NCBI GenBank assembly: GCA_963737155.1
Contig: CAVTRN010000001.1
Location: 704,001 to 768,000, forward strand
Length of the DNA: 64,000 nucleotides
From: Nitrospirota bacterium
GTDB taxonomy: Bacteria; Nitrospirota; UBA9217
Direction of reading: 5' to 3'
The notes below the pieces were generated by a model that worked only from the letters and a program-made list of their open reading frames with translations, had not been told where the DNA came from and searched no databases. Positions 52,068-62,099 of the stretch are shown piece by piece (position 1 is the stretch's first letter; every line of letters starts with the position of its first letter). Both the position numbers and the translations under genes were made by a program.

Positions 52068-52823
52068 TTACTCCAATGACACCACAAAGCTGGCGGGATA
52101 TCCGCTCTCGGAAAACGCTTTCTCCGCATCTTCAGCAGACTGCAAGGACGTGTATTTCCCCGCATATACGCGATAAAACTTAGCGCCGTTAACCTCGATC
52201 ATGTGAATCTCTGAAAATCTGAAGCGTTTTTTCATGCTTTCGGATAGCATTTGCGCGTTACCATACTGCCTGAATGATCCAACCTGAACGGTATAGTTGC
52301 CCTCATCATAATTATTCACTGCCATATACTGGTCCGTACCGCTTACGCGGTACCCGAGAGCCTCTATCCGCACCGGCGCCGTTCCGATGGATTCCAGGCC
52401 GAGCTTTTTTGCAGCAGCATAGGAGAGATCTATAACTCTTCCTTTCACGAAGGGACCGCGGTCATTCACCCGAACTACAGTTTCTCGTCCGTTATCCAAA
52501 TTCTTTACTTTCACATATACGCCGAGAGGCAAGGTTTTATGCGCCGCGGTCATGGCATTCATATCGTATTTCTCGCCATTGCTGGTATTTTTACCCTGGA
52601 AATCCGTGCCATACCAGCTGGCAATGCCGGTTTGAACGAAATCGCGATGGTTGGTAAGTGGCTCATAGCGCTGACCGTTAACTGTATAGGGTTTTTGCCA
52701 TGGCGGTGATCCAGGTTTTAATGATTCAGGATATAGCGTTGCACTCGTCTTATTTGTAGCGCAGGCGGTCAAGAGGAGTAAACAGCAGAATAGAGGAAGA
52801 AGCCATTTTTCGATTACAGCCAT
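52068..52823 (-). CDS. rlpA: Septal ring lytic transglycosylase RlpA (DPBB + SPOR)
   Basis: Lipobox LTAC, GIASWYG, AAHKTLP, VNDRGPF, VQVGSF. Confidence 0.93.
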   Translation of the reverse strand: MAVIEKWLLPLFCCLLLLTACATNKTSATLYPESLKPGSPPWQKPYTVNGQRYEPLTNHRDFVQTGIASWYGTDFQGKNTSNGEKYDMNAMTAAHKTLPLGVYVKVKNLDNGRETVVRVNDRGPFVKGRVIDLSYAAAKKLGLESIGTAPVRIEALGYRVSGTDQYMAVNNYDEGNYTVQVGSFRQYGNAQMLSESMKKRFRFSEIHMIEVNGAKFYRVYAGKYTSLQSAEDAEKAFSESGYPASFVVSLE

Positions 52824-53004
52824 AGTTCTTGCTCTTTTAAAATCCACCGTGTATTATTTATCCCAGTGCGAACATTGGTCGTTACGATCATATAATATCC
52901 ACAGTTAAAACTCGATGCTATAATACAAAGTATCAATCGTGAGAGCAATAAAATAATGCTTCTATTTTTTATAACACAGCTGGCAGCTGTAAGGAGAGGA
53001 CCTG

Positions 53005-53310
53005 GTGATCAAGCATATCGTACTCTGGAAGCTGAAAGATTTTGCTGAAGGCGCTGACAAAATCCGGAACGCACAAATCGTAAAGGCAGAACTCGAAGCC
53101 CTGAAAAACAAGATCCCCCAGATCACACATCTCGAAGTGGGAATTAATTTCATCCCCTCCGAAAACGCCTACGATGTCTCGCTCTATTCCGCGTTTGAAG
53201 CCGAAAAGGATCTCGAGCTTTACCAGAAACATCCCGAACATGTTAAAGTCGCCTCGCTTATCGCAAAACTCCGGGAGAGCAGGGTTGTCATTGATTATAA
53301 AGCAGGATGA
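53005..53310 (+). CDS. Dabb family stress-responsive alpha/beta barrel protein
   Basis: MIKHIVLWKLK...YQKHPEH...VIDY. Confidence 0.88.
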   Translation: MIKHIVLWKLKDFAEGADKIRNAQIVKAELEALKNKIPQITHLEVGINFIPSENAYDVSLYSAFEAEKDLELYQKHPEHVKVASLIAKLRESRVVIDYKAG

Positions 53311-53608
53311 CGAGTCGAGGAATTGAAATGAACAGGAAAATTAAAACCGAAGAACTGACCGCTTCACGAGTATTCTCTTGTTGGCTTTGCCTTGAATCCC
53401 CTCCTCGCGGGCGATATAATATCCCTGCCCTTTATTAAAATCAATACGGACGATAGCTCCTAAATCGTAACCAGGGGAGCGTCATTTTACAGTTGCAGGA
53501 ATTACGAAGAAGCGGTAAAGTAAATATTAAATTGCTTAATAAATTGACAAAAAGTTCATCCATCACATTTTGTCAGCTCATTTCCGGAAAGAATGTAAAG
53601 GAGATTTT

Positions 53609-54037
53609 ATGGCACAAGCAAAACAAGGCGATACGGTAAATGTCCACTACACCGGTCAACTCGACAACGGCACTGTTTTCGACACGTCTCGTAGCCGTCA
53701 TCCGCTACAATTCACCATCGGCAAGGGGCAGGTCATTGCCGGATTTGAACAGGCCGTGGTCGGAATGAAATCCGGCGAATCAAAAACGGTGATAATACCT
53801 GTGGATCAGGCCTACGGCCAGCGCCGACAGGATAAGATCATCACCATGGAACGCAACCAGCTGCCGCCGGACATAAACCCCAACGTAGGCCAGCGGCTTG
53901 AACTTACTCAGATGGACGATCAAAATGTCCTAGTCACGGTTGCAGCCGTAACTGACGCAAACTTGACGCTCGATGCGAATCATCCGCTTGCTGGAAAAGA
54001 TCTTACCTTCCATATCGAACTTATCGGCATCGTTTGA
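53609..54037 (+). CDS. FKBP-type peptidyl-prolyl isomerase (SlyD/FkpB-like)
   Basis: VHYTGQLDNGTVFD, GQVIAGFE, DANHPLAGKDLTF. Confidence 0.92.
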   Translation: MAQAKQGDTVNVHYTGQLDNGTVFDTSRSRHPLQFTIGKGQVIAGFEQAVVGMKSGESKTVIIPVDQAYGQRRQDKIITMERNQLPPDINPNVGQRLELTQMDDQNVLVTVAAVTDANLTLDANHPLAGKDLTFHIELIGIV

Positions 54038-54203
54038 CACGCGATCATTTCTTTTTCCTCATTGCACGCCCAAAGGCCTAGCATTTACCAACCACCTTCT
54101 GAACCCCTCTTTGCCAAGATGGGTTCTTTTTCATTGATAATAGTGCTAAAATATATAAAGAAAGTGTTTGTATGTAACTTATCGCTCCTATCCGGAATTA
54201 GTC

Positions 54204-56306
54204 ATGAAACGATTAACCTCTCGTTCGGTGTTTCGAATACCATTCTTTTATCTTATCTTTGGCATCCTATGGATCGCTATTTCGGACCGGGTCCTGGAGA
54301 TGATGGTCGCCGATGTTCATAAACTGACAGTGCTACAGACCTATAAGGGAGGCATTTTCGTCGCCGCCAGCGCCCTTTTTCTGTACCTTATCGTACGGCA
54401 TGAATTCCGGAGCCGCGAAAGAACAGACATGGCTTTGCACGAATCAGAGGAAAGATACCGCTTACTGATGCAGCACGCCAATGACGGTATCGTCATCGCC
54501 GATATCGAAACGGGGAATATCCTCGAGGTGAACCGTAAAATCGAGGAATTCACCGGCCGCTTTGCGAATGAACTCATCGGGAAGAACTTCTCCCTGCTTC
54601 ATCCCGAAAAAGATTCCGACCGGTGCCGGAAACTGCTCGACGACGCTCTCATCAACGGACAGGAGCTCACCGGCGATATCTGTATACTTCACCGCGACGG
54701 TCGTAACCTCCCCGTGGAAATCAGCACGAGTATCGTTACGATGGGCAGCAAAAAAATCGTCCAATGCATCTTCCGCGATATCTCGCGACGCTTGACGGCC
54801 GAAGCGGCGCATCAGAAGGAGAAGGAACGGGCTCTGCTGTACCTAGACATAGCCGGCGTCATTATTGTAGTCATGGATCTGCAGGGGATAGTCAGCCTCA
54901 TCAACAGAAAAGGCAGCGAAATTCTTGGTTTCCCCGAGCGGGAGATTATCGGGAAAAACTGGTTCGATCAATTCGTGCCTTCGCAAGCCCGGATCGATGC
55001 CCGAGCTCTTTACTCCAGACACATCGCGAGAAACCAGGATCAGGAGGAACATTTTGAAAACACGGTTCTCTGCCGGGATGGAGCGGAGCGTTTCATTTCC
55101 TGGAGCATGCTGCTAATCAGGGACGCAACCGGGCAGGTCATCTCATCTCTCAGCTCAGGTGAGGATATAACCGCCCATAAACACGCTGAAGAACAGGCGC
55201 GATACCGCCTCGAGCACCTCACGACACTTCACGCAATCGATATGATAATTAGTTCGAGCCTCGATCTTCGTGTGACCCTGCAGGAGATCCTCGACCTCGT
55301 CATATCCCAGCTTCATGTGGATGCCGCTTCCATACTCCTCCTGAACCCTCATACCCTGCAGCTCGAATACGCCGCAATGCAAGGCTTTCGAGACACAGGC
55401 ATCCGTCACTCGCGAATCAGGCTCGGGGAGGGTATTGCGGGCCGGGCTGCTCTTGAGCACCGGAGCATCGGCGTCACGAATCTTGTCGATGACGACGCCG
55501 GTCTCCTTCGTACACCGCTCATCGCGGCAGAGGGTTTTGTCAGCAATTATGTCGTACCGCTTATCTCCAAGGGACGAGTGCTGGGCGTACTCGATATCCT
55601 TCATCGTTCACCGCTGACCATCGACGAAGAGTGGCGAGGCTTCTTCGAGGCACTTGCGGCGCAGGCTGCCATCGCAATCGATAATGCCACCCTGTTCAAA
55701 GAGCTGCAGCGGTCGAATACAGAACTCGTTCTTGCCTACGATACGACGATTGAAGGCTGGGCTCGAGCGCTTGAACTCCGTGACCAGGAAACCGAGGGCC
55801 ATACGAAGCGGACCACCGAGATGACGCTGCGCCTTGCCCGTTCCATGGGCATCAGCGAGGCAGAGCTGGTGCATGTGCGCCGAGGAGCGCTGCTTCACGA
55901 TATCGGCAAAATGAGCATCCCCGACAGCATTCTGCTCAAGACAGGACCGTTGAGCGACGAAGAATGGCAAGTCATGCGCCTTCATCCCTTGTATGCCTTC
56001 GAACTCCTTTCGCCAATCGTTTACTTGCGGCCAGCGCTTGACATTCCCTACTGCCACCATGAGCGCTGGGATGGTACCGGTTACCCTCGCGGTCTCAAAG
56101 AGGAGCAGATCCCCCTAGCGGCACGAATTTTTTCCCTCATCGATAGCTGGGATGCATTAAATTCGGAGCGACGATATCATGCCGCTTGGCCGGAAGACCG
56201 CATCAAATCGTATATTCGTTCACTCGCCGGCTCACAGTTCGATCCGAAAATCGTCGATCTGTTCTTAAGCAGCGAGCTTAATATCACTGAAAATATTGGC
56301 GCTTAA
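54204..56306 (+). CDS. Membrane PAS-PAS-GAF-HD-GYP cyclic-dinucleotide phosphodiesterase
   Basis: Two TM helices, two PAS, GAF, LLHDIGK, HHERWDGTGYP. Confidence 0.92.
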   Translation: MKRLTSRSVFRIPFFYLIFGILWIAISDRVLEMMVADVHKLTVLQTYKGGIFVAASALFLYLIVRHEFRSRERTDMALHESEERYRLLMQHANDGIVIADIETGNILEVNRKIEEFTGRFANELIGKNFSLLHPEKDSDRCRKLLDDALINGQELTGDICILHRDGRNLPVEISTSIVTMGSKKIVQCIFRDISRRLTAEAAHQKEKERALLYLDIAGVIIVVMDLQGIVSLINRKGSEILGFPEREIIGKNWFDQFVPSQARIDARALYSRHIARNQDQEEHFENTVLCRDGAERFISWSMLLIRDATGQVISSLSSGEDITAHKHAEEQARYRLEHLTTLHAIDMIISSSLDLRVTLQEILDLVISQLHVDAASILLLNPHTLQLEYAAMQGFRDTGIRHSRIRLGEGIAGRAALEHRSIGVTNLVDDDAGLLRTPLIAAEGFVSNYVVPLISKGRVLGVLDILHRSPLTIDEEWRGFFEALAAQAAIAIDNATLFKELQRSNTELVLAYDTTIEGWARALELRDQETEGHTKRTTEMTLRLARSMGISEAELVHVRRGALLHDIGKMSIPDSILLKTGPLSDEEWQVMRLHPLYAFELLSPIVYLRPALDIPYCHHERWDGTGYPRGLKEEQIPLAARIFSLIDSWDALNSERRYHAAWPEDRIKSYIRSLAGSQFDPKIVDLFLSSELNITENIGA

Positions 56307-56382
56307 AACGGTGTTCTTCTTGCCTCCCGCAAATACTGTTCCTAAAACCATAGCTATAAAGTTCAAGACATAGTTTATTGAT

Positions 56383-57142
56383 GGATGCGCAACAAATTAA
56401 TGGGTACTATCAAGTGCACACCAGCTGCTCCCATAAATCCTCCCAACAGTTGCTCATGATTGTGCATCTAAGGACATTTTCTTAAGCTACTTTTACTGTC
56501 CAATGCATCCCTGACTGTTTCAGTCGCGGTCCTAGGACCGAACGACAACCTTCAAGCAAACCGGAGCCGAAAAAAAGATCGACTTTCTGAATTCAGTTTA
56601 CCGCGTCCGTTCTTTGTTTTTTTCAAATATCCCATCTCTCGATCGCAAATGTCTTCATGGGTACCGGACTGAACTGAAAGTCGTTTGATGGCAATGATAT
56701 CGATTTCCACCTTACCCGCATTCTTCTCAACGCAGCGGTTTTCCGTGCATTGGTACCTCCTGTCTTTCTGCTGCCCAAAACATGTTTGGCGACATTTTCG
56801 TAATGCTTGCAAGCAGGGTACAGATCGACAATCTTCAGCACTTTCAGAAAGTGCTTGTACGCGACAAGCCGTATCCAAATCGCTCCGTAGCTGGTTCCCC
56901 AGCTGTGTGCCTGCATGGCCGGCACGGGAGTGCCGGTGCTCAGGATTGAAACCGAGGGCATGCAGAGCAAGGGAGAAGGCGGTCAGGCAAAAACACGAGA
57001 GGTCAAACCAGGATGTATTTTCACCCATGCGACCATGAAAGACGCCTGATCCGGGATGAAGCGGCCACCAGTTTTACTGGATCGATTGAGACGGCATAGA
57101 CGTTTGATTGGAAGTTCTATAAAAAGGCGATGCAGTGCATCC
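56383..57142. pseudogene. ISKra4-family transposase relic with an internal inversion
   Basis: Minus strand GAIWI..IVDLY..RLKQSGMHWT and end GGATGCGCAACAAA; plus strand GTGVPV..KTREVKPGCIFT at about 56903-57140. Confidence 0.72.
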
Positions 57143-57149
57143 ATTACTC

Positions 57150-57209
57150 GTTAAGTTCCCGCATTCATACCCATGGCTAAAACCAGAGCTTTCTGCGGAT
57201 GTCTCGTAA
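57150..57209 (-). mobile_element. Orphan IS200/IS605 left end
   Basis: TTAC...AAAGCTCTGGTTTTAGCCATGGGTATGAATGCGGGAACTT, homologous to the left end at 8423-8482. Confidence 0.65.
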
Positions 57210-57284
57210 TCAGAGCAAAAACATACGCGGAAAAAGGAAAGGTCGCTCCCTCTTTGTTCTGCGGGAGCGGGCATACCTAAAATA

Positions 57285-58985
57285 TCAGGACCGGACCGCA
57301 GCGGCGGACCTGATGCCGAGGTATTTTCTCACATAGAGCTGCTGCGCGATGGAAAGCACGTTGCTTAGGGTAATATAAAGAAGCAGGCCGGCCGGGAGCC
57401 AAGCGAAAAGGAAAATAAACGCTATATTCATGAACATCATGATCTTGGCCTGCTGCGGATCCGGAGTTGTGGAAGTCATCCTCATGGTAAAGATCATGCT
57501 TACACCCATGCACACCGGAAGAATATAGTAGGGATCATACACTGACAGGTCCTTGATCCAGAAGGATATGAAGGGCGTCTGACGGAGCTCTATAGACACG
57601 GACAGCACGTTGTAGAGCGCAACGAAAAACGGCAGCTGCAGCACCATGGGCAGACAGCCTCCCAGAGGATTGACCTTGTGATCCTTGTAAAGCTTCATCA
57701 TCTCCTGGTTCATGCGATTCGGGTCTTTCTTGTACTTTTCCCGGATTGCCGTGAGCTGCGGCTGGATCTTTCTCATTTCCTCCATGGCCTTTGCGCTTTT
57801 CAGGGATGGATAGAACATGATGAGCCTCACCACAAGCGTGAGTAGAATAATAGCAATTCCATAATTCTTTGTGATCGCGTAAAATTTTGTGAGGAGCCAG
57901 AACATTGGCTTGGCGAGAATACCGAACCATCCATAATCAACCATCTGCTCAAGGCCGTGACCTTGGGCCTGCAGGAGCGTAAAGCTCTTCGGTCCGGCAT
58001 ACAAGGTAAATGTTCTCGATTCTAGTTTATCTTTGACGGTCAGGTCCGTCGTGAGCAAATCGCCGATTTCCTTCGGTTCGGCTGTCTTCCGGCAGGTGAC
58101 GATGCCATTCCCCTCTGAAATGATCGTAGCGGTGAAATACTTGTCTTCCTGTCCGAACCAGTCTATTAGGCCCGCGTATTGTGTCTCGCCCTTAATGCTG
58201 TTCAGCTTGTCGGTAATCATTTTACCGTCAACGAGAGAAACAAGGCCCACGCGTCCGTTAGCATCCTTGGTCACCTTGTCAGCAATGCCGAAGTCTGTTC
58301 CGAGAGAAAGGGTATAGCCGTCCACGCCTTTGGTCGTGATCGCGACATCCACTTTGTAGGCATCATTATAAAACGTCAGCTTCTTTTCGATGGAGAGTCC
58401 AGCCGGCCCCGTGAAGGTTAGTACGAGTGTTTCCGACGGCTTGTCTTTTCCGAGCTGCAGGGCGTCATGATCTGCGTGGAACTGAACATTTGACAGCTTA
58501 TACAACTCCTTATCAAGGGGTACCAGGGTAAGCGGCGATACCATGTCTTTCGCGTTCACGCCTTCATAGTCGGGAACGAGTTGAACGTTGCCTAGTTCCT
58601 TTTTCGGTTTTTCTTCCTCCTTCGCAGTGCCCATGATTTTTGCGTATAATGCACCCAGTCCATACGCGGTCTTGTTAGCCTCACGGTAGTGCTTAAGTTC
58701 CCAGTGTGTAATGACTCCTCCGGCAGTATTCACCTCGGCCTTGAGGAGATCCGTTTCCACGACTATGATTTTTCCTTCGACAGCCTGCTCAATTCCTCCT
58801 GCAACGGCCGCAGAATTCATTGTCTTCGTTTCGGGCTGCTCTGTCTTCGCCGTCACGGTTTCCTGCTTGACAGGTCCCGGCACCGTTTGACTCTCTGGCG
58901 GCTTGGGTGCGAAAAAGCGCACGTAGAGGAGAAAAACAACCAAGGACAGAGCAAGGGCTAAAATAAATTTTCGGCTTTCTTCCAT
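57285..58985 (-). CDS. yidC: Membrane protein insertase YidC
   Basis: LYAGPK, DYGWF, NYGIAIILLT, NPLGGCLP, WIKDLS..DPYYILP. Confidence 0.97.
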   Translation of the reverse strand: MEESRKFILALALSLVVFLLYVRFFAPKPPESQTVPGPVKQETVTAKTEQPETKTMNSAAVAGGIEQAVEGKIIVVETDLLKAEVNTAGGVITHWELKHYREANKTAYGLGALYAKIMGTAKEEEKPKKELGNVQLVPDYEGVNAKDMVSPLTLVPLDKELYKLSNVQFHADHDALQLGKDKPSETLVLTFTGPAGLSIEKKLTFYNDAYKVDVAITTKGVDGYTLSLGTDFGIADKVTKDANGRVGLVSLVDGKMITDKLNSIKGETQYAGLIDWFGQEDKYFTATIISEGNGIVTCRKTAEPKEIGDLLTTDLTVKDKLESRTFTLYAGPKSFTLLQAQGHGLEQMVDYGWFGILAKPMFWLLTKFYAITKNYGIAIILLTLVVRLIMFYPSLKSAKAMEEMRKIQPQLTAIREKYKKDPNRMNQEMMKLYKDHKVNPLGGCLPMVLQLPFFVALYNVLSVSIELRQTPFISFWIKDLSVYDPYYILPVCMGVSMIFTMRMTSTTPDPQQAKIMMFMNIAFIFLFAWLPAGLLLYITLSNVLSIAQQLYVRKYLGIRSAAAVRS

Positions 58986-59000
58986 GAATCCTCCGGAACC

Positions 59001-59210
59001 TTATTGAACGGGGTCGTATCCGCCGGGATGAAAGGGGTGACACTTTGCAATCCGAAGGGTTGTCATCCAGATCGCTTTCAAGGTGCTCTTCTTCTCAAAA
59101 GCTTCAAGGGCATACTCAGAGCAGGTCGGCGTGAACCGGCAGGCTTGGGGTAGAAGCGGTGAGATATAACGTCGATACTTCCGGATCAAAGCGATAAATA
59201 TTAGGTTCAC
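59001..59210 (-). CDS. yidD: Membrane protein insertion efficiency factor
   Basis: [28 protein letters not shown]. Confidence 0.96.
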   Translation of the reverse strand: MNLIFIALIRKYRRYISPLLPQACRFTPTCSEYALEAFEKKSTLKAIWMTTLRIAKCHPFHPGGYDPVQ

Positions 59211-59575
59211 GATCTGCTGCCTTCCGAATGCTGTCCGCGAAGTACTGTTCTCTGAAGAACGGTCTCAACGGCAGTCAGGATATTGTTATAATCTTTCGTG
59301 TACAGTTCCCGCCGTGCCACAAAAACCAAGTCATAACCCAGCGAATACCCAGCGAGAACTTTCATTATACTGCTTCGCATCTGGCGTTTAAGTCTGTTTC
59401 TTCTTACTGCATTCGCCAGCTTTTTACTGACGGAGATTCCGACTCTAAAATTATCTTTGTTGTTTCCGCTATAAAAAAGAGAAAGACCGTCGAATGACAG
59501 TCTTTTTCCTTTCATCGTAGAAACAAACTCGGTATTATTCCGCAACCGCTCGCTTTTCTTGTATGCGTACGGCAT
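59207..59575 (-). CDS. rnpA: Ribonuclease P protein component
   Basis: [19 protein letters not shown] (RNR motif). Confidence 0.93.
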   Translation of the reverse strand: MPYAYKKSERLRNNTEFVSTMKGKRLSFDGLSLFYSGNNKDNFRVGISVSKKLANAVRRNRLKRQMRSSIMKVLAGYSLGYDLVFVARRELYTKDYNNILTAVETVLQRTVLRGQHSEGSRS

Positions 59576-59597
59576 GAGTTGCGTGTCCGCGGAGATA

Positions 59598-59735
59598 CTA
59601 CACCGCGAGTCGCTTTCTTCCCTTGGCCCTTCGGCGATTAATGACTTCTCTTCCGCTTGCCGTGCTCATCCGCTTCCGGAAGCCCTGCGCGCGTTTCTGT
59701 TTGAGATTGCTTTTTTGTGCTGTTGTTTCCGACAT
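59598..59735 (-). CDS. rpmH: 50S ribosomal protein L34 (not in ORF track)
   Basis: [45 protein letters not shown]; AAGGAG RBS; directly upstream of rnpA. Confidence 0.93.
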   Translation of the reverse strand: MSETTAQKSNLKQKRAQGFRKRMSTASGREVINRRRAKGRKRLAV

Positions 59736-59859
59736 CGTACCTGCTCCTTCTTTTGGTTATTGTGAACAGGGGGGTATTATAAGCCAAAAAGGAAAGATGT
59801 CAAGAAAAAATCATAGTGTAAACAGGGTTTTGACTTTGGTGGTTCTTTCTGGTAAATTG

Positions 59860-60252
59860 CAGCGTCGATTCTATCTGCATAGGCGTCGGTGCCGTTACTA
59901 TCAATTCCGATAACAAGGTCTTCCTCGCAAGGCGCGGCATGGAAGCTCGGAACGTGTTGGGCAAATATGAACTTCCCGGCGGGGCCGCTGAGTTCGGTGA
60001 AACCCTAGAGCACGCTCTCCTGCGCGAGGCGAGGGAAGAGTATGGCTTCAAAATCGATGAGCTTCTCGATGTTGTGAATTACTTTACACCCTCTGAAAAG
60101 TAGCCACAGGGTTTCTTCAACGTTCCTAAGCAGAATAAAAAGCGGAACTCCCTCTATCCTTGAGCCGCACAAGTGTGATGAAGTCGAATGGTTTGTGCCG
60201 GATGATATTACGACTGTGCTTCTTACCTTTGCATCGAGGACAATTACCTGAT
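59860..60252 (+). pseudogene. NUDIX hydrolase pseudogene
   Basis: IGVGAV..LARR..ELPGGAAEFGETLEHALLREAREEYG, then stop/frameshift near 60100, resuming EPHKCDEVEWF. Confidence 0.75.
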
Positions 60253-60925
60253 GATGATTTACACATACCCTGTTGATGCTGTCCTCCTCCTCGGCGCCAC
60301 CGGTGTTGGAAAAAGCCCGCTCGGCGATTCTCTCGCACAGCATGGACTGTTCGGACGACTATGCCATCATCTTGATTTCGGAGCTGAATTGCGGCTCGCT
60401 ATATCGGACAGAGAGCGCTCTGACGTCTATTCTCAGGATGAACTTTTTTTTATTCATGGTGTTCTAGAACGGGGTCTGCTGCTGGAAGATAAACATTTTC
60501 CGCTGGCTGAGAAAATAATCTCTCTTTTTCTTGATCGAACTGGTTTTTCTCAAAAGGATCTGCTCGTTTTGAACGGTATTCCCCGCCACGTGGGGCAGGC
60601 CCAGGATATCGCTAGGATCGGAACTATTCATGCAGTTATTGTTCTCGATTGTACTGCAGAGGACGTTCATTGCCGCATCAGAAACAACGTGGGCGGAGAC
60701 CGAGCGATACGAGTTGATGACGATAAAGACTTGATAGAGAAAAAACTGACAATTTACCGAGAGCGGACGGCCCCACTTATCGAGCACTATGAAAATTTTG
60801 GCCGCCGCATATTTCGAATCAGGGTATCAGGTGACATGACTGCGGAGATGGTTTACCGGAGCATTTCGTCACTTGCCACCAGTGACCCACCAGTCACCCT
60901 TGTCGCTGAACCACCACAGCGATGA
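60251..60925 (+). CDS. Atypical adenylate-kinase-like nucleoside monophosphate kinase
   Basis: LLGATGVGKS, NGIPR (for DGFPR), R.DD, TAPLIEHY. Confidence 0.75.
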   Translation: MMIYTYPVDAVLLLGATGVGKSPLGDSLAQHGLFGRLCHHLDFGAELRLAISDRERSDVYSQDELFFIHGVLERGLLLEDKHFPLAEKIISLFLDRTGFSQKDLLVLNGIPRHVGQAQDIARIGTIHAVIVLDCTAEDVHCRIRNNVGGDRAIRVDDDKDLIEKKLTIYRERTAPLIEHYENFGRRIFRIRVSGDMTAEMVYRSISSLATSDPPVTLVAEPPQR

Positions 60926-61441
60926 ATCTGTATCCAGGACGGTTTTTGCCAATTCACGTGCGGTATCGGTCTGGATTCTCCTGAGCGAAAATTCGAGCCA
61001 TTCATCGGCATATTTATTTCCCAGATCCTTATATTCCTTCAGTGCCAGAATCATTTCCAACTGGTCGGCATCCCTTGCTAGTTTCGCTTCTTCCGTTTTA
61101 CCTTCATTAAATTCAAGGACCAGTTCTTGAATCTCGTTGCCGAAGGGCAGCGTCTGAGCTAGATCTGCAACTGCTTTTTTTTCGTCCGCTTCAACATACT
61201 TTTTATTTACATAGTTAAGGTCCCCAGTCCTTGCTTCCGGAAGATCATGGAATAGGCACATTCTAATCAGACGGTCAACATCAACACCTCGTGAAAGCTT
61301 CCCCAAGGCATAACCGATATAGGATGTACGGAAAATATGTTCTGCAACGGATTCTGCGCCGCTTCCGAGGAATTGAAAACCGCTCCGGGGAGTGCGCTTC
61401 AGCATTCCCGCTTCGAAAAGAAAGTTTGCGATGTTTTTCAT
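60869..61441 (-). CDS. HD-domain hydrolase (YfbR/HDDC2-like 5'-nucleotidase)
   Basis: LKRTPRSG, ESVAEH, FHDLPEARTGD, DADQLE. Confidence 0.88.
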   Translation of the reverse strand: MKNIANFLFEAGMLKRTPRSGFQFLGSGAESVAEHIFRTSYIGYALGKLSRGVDVDRLIRMCLFHDLPEARTGDLNYVNKKYVEADEKKAVADLAQTLPFGNEIQELVLEFNEGKTEEAKLARDADQLEMILALKEYKDLGNKYADEWLEFSLRRIQTDTARELAKTVLDTDSSLWWFSDKGDWWVTGGK

Positions 61442-61509
61442 GATTCTTTTTATACCATGAACCCTGACAGTATGCAACGTGTTTGGCGATGAAGGATTTT
61501 TGATGCTTG

Positions 61510-61749
61510 TTATACACAGCGTGGTGAAATAAAAATCTATTATTAATATATATTAATAAAATAGTAGTAGTAGTAGTAAGTCCTGTGGATATGTTAGAAG
61601 GAGTGAAAACACATTGAAAGAGAAATGAAAATGTAAAGTCTTTTCCAGAGGAAACGCGCGTGGATTCCCGGGGACAACGGTGTTGAAAAGAGAGGAAGCG
61701 AAGATATGCACAGGTTGTTCTTCATTAACCCACAAGGGATTGTGGCTAA
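61510..61749. other. Putative oriC with basal unwinding system
   Basis: DnaA-box-like 9-mers at 61510, 61584, 61641, 61669, 61681, 61704, 61726 and 61741; (TAG)5 at 61562-61576; AT palindrome at 61540-61559. Confidence 0.85.
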
Positions 61750-62099
61750 CCTGGAGGCCAGTTAAAATGACGGCCAGATAAAAGATGAAGATGCACATGA
61801 AACACTGTCTGTCCCGCGCCGGCGCCATTGTTGATGACTAAGCGGTATCCTTTCGCATCCAGGCCCTTCTCGTTCGCTATTTTTTTCGCTGTAAAAAAAA
61901 GGTGGCCGACAAGTTCCCGGTCTGTCTCCGTCATGCTGTGGATCTCGGGAATATGCCTCTTGGGAACAACGAGCAAGTGCACGGGCGCCTGGGGTTTTAC
62001 ATCCTCAAATGCGATAACAGTCTCGTCCTCGAACACAATCTTGGACGGAACTTTTTTGTCGACGATCTTGCAAAAAATACAGTTCGAATCCCGGTTCAT
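61746..62099 (-). CDS. hit: Histidine triad nucleotide-binding protein
   Basis: [24 protein letters not shown]. Confidence 0.94.
   Translation of the reverse strand: MNRDSNCIFCKIVDKKVPSKIVFEDETVIAFEDVKPQAPVHLLVVPKRHIPEIHSMTETDRELVGHLFFTAKKIANEKGLDAKGYRLVINNGAGAGQTVFHVHLHLLSGRHFNWPPG

Noticed and set aside
60100-60105. Recoded stop in the NUDIX gene
   Set aside because: The homologous sequence resumes in another frame, consistent with decay
61562-61579. (TAG)5 as a simple microsatellite
   Set aside because: Its position between a DnaA box and an AT tract fits DnaA-trios better
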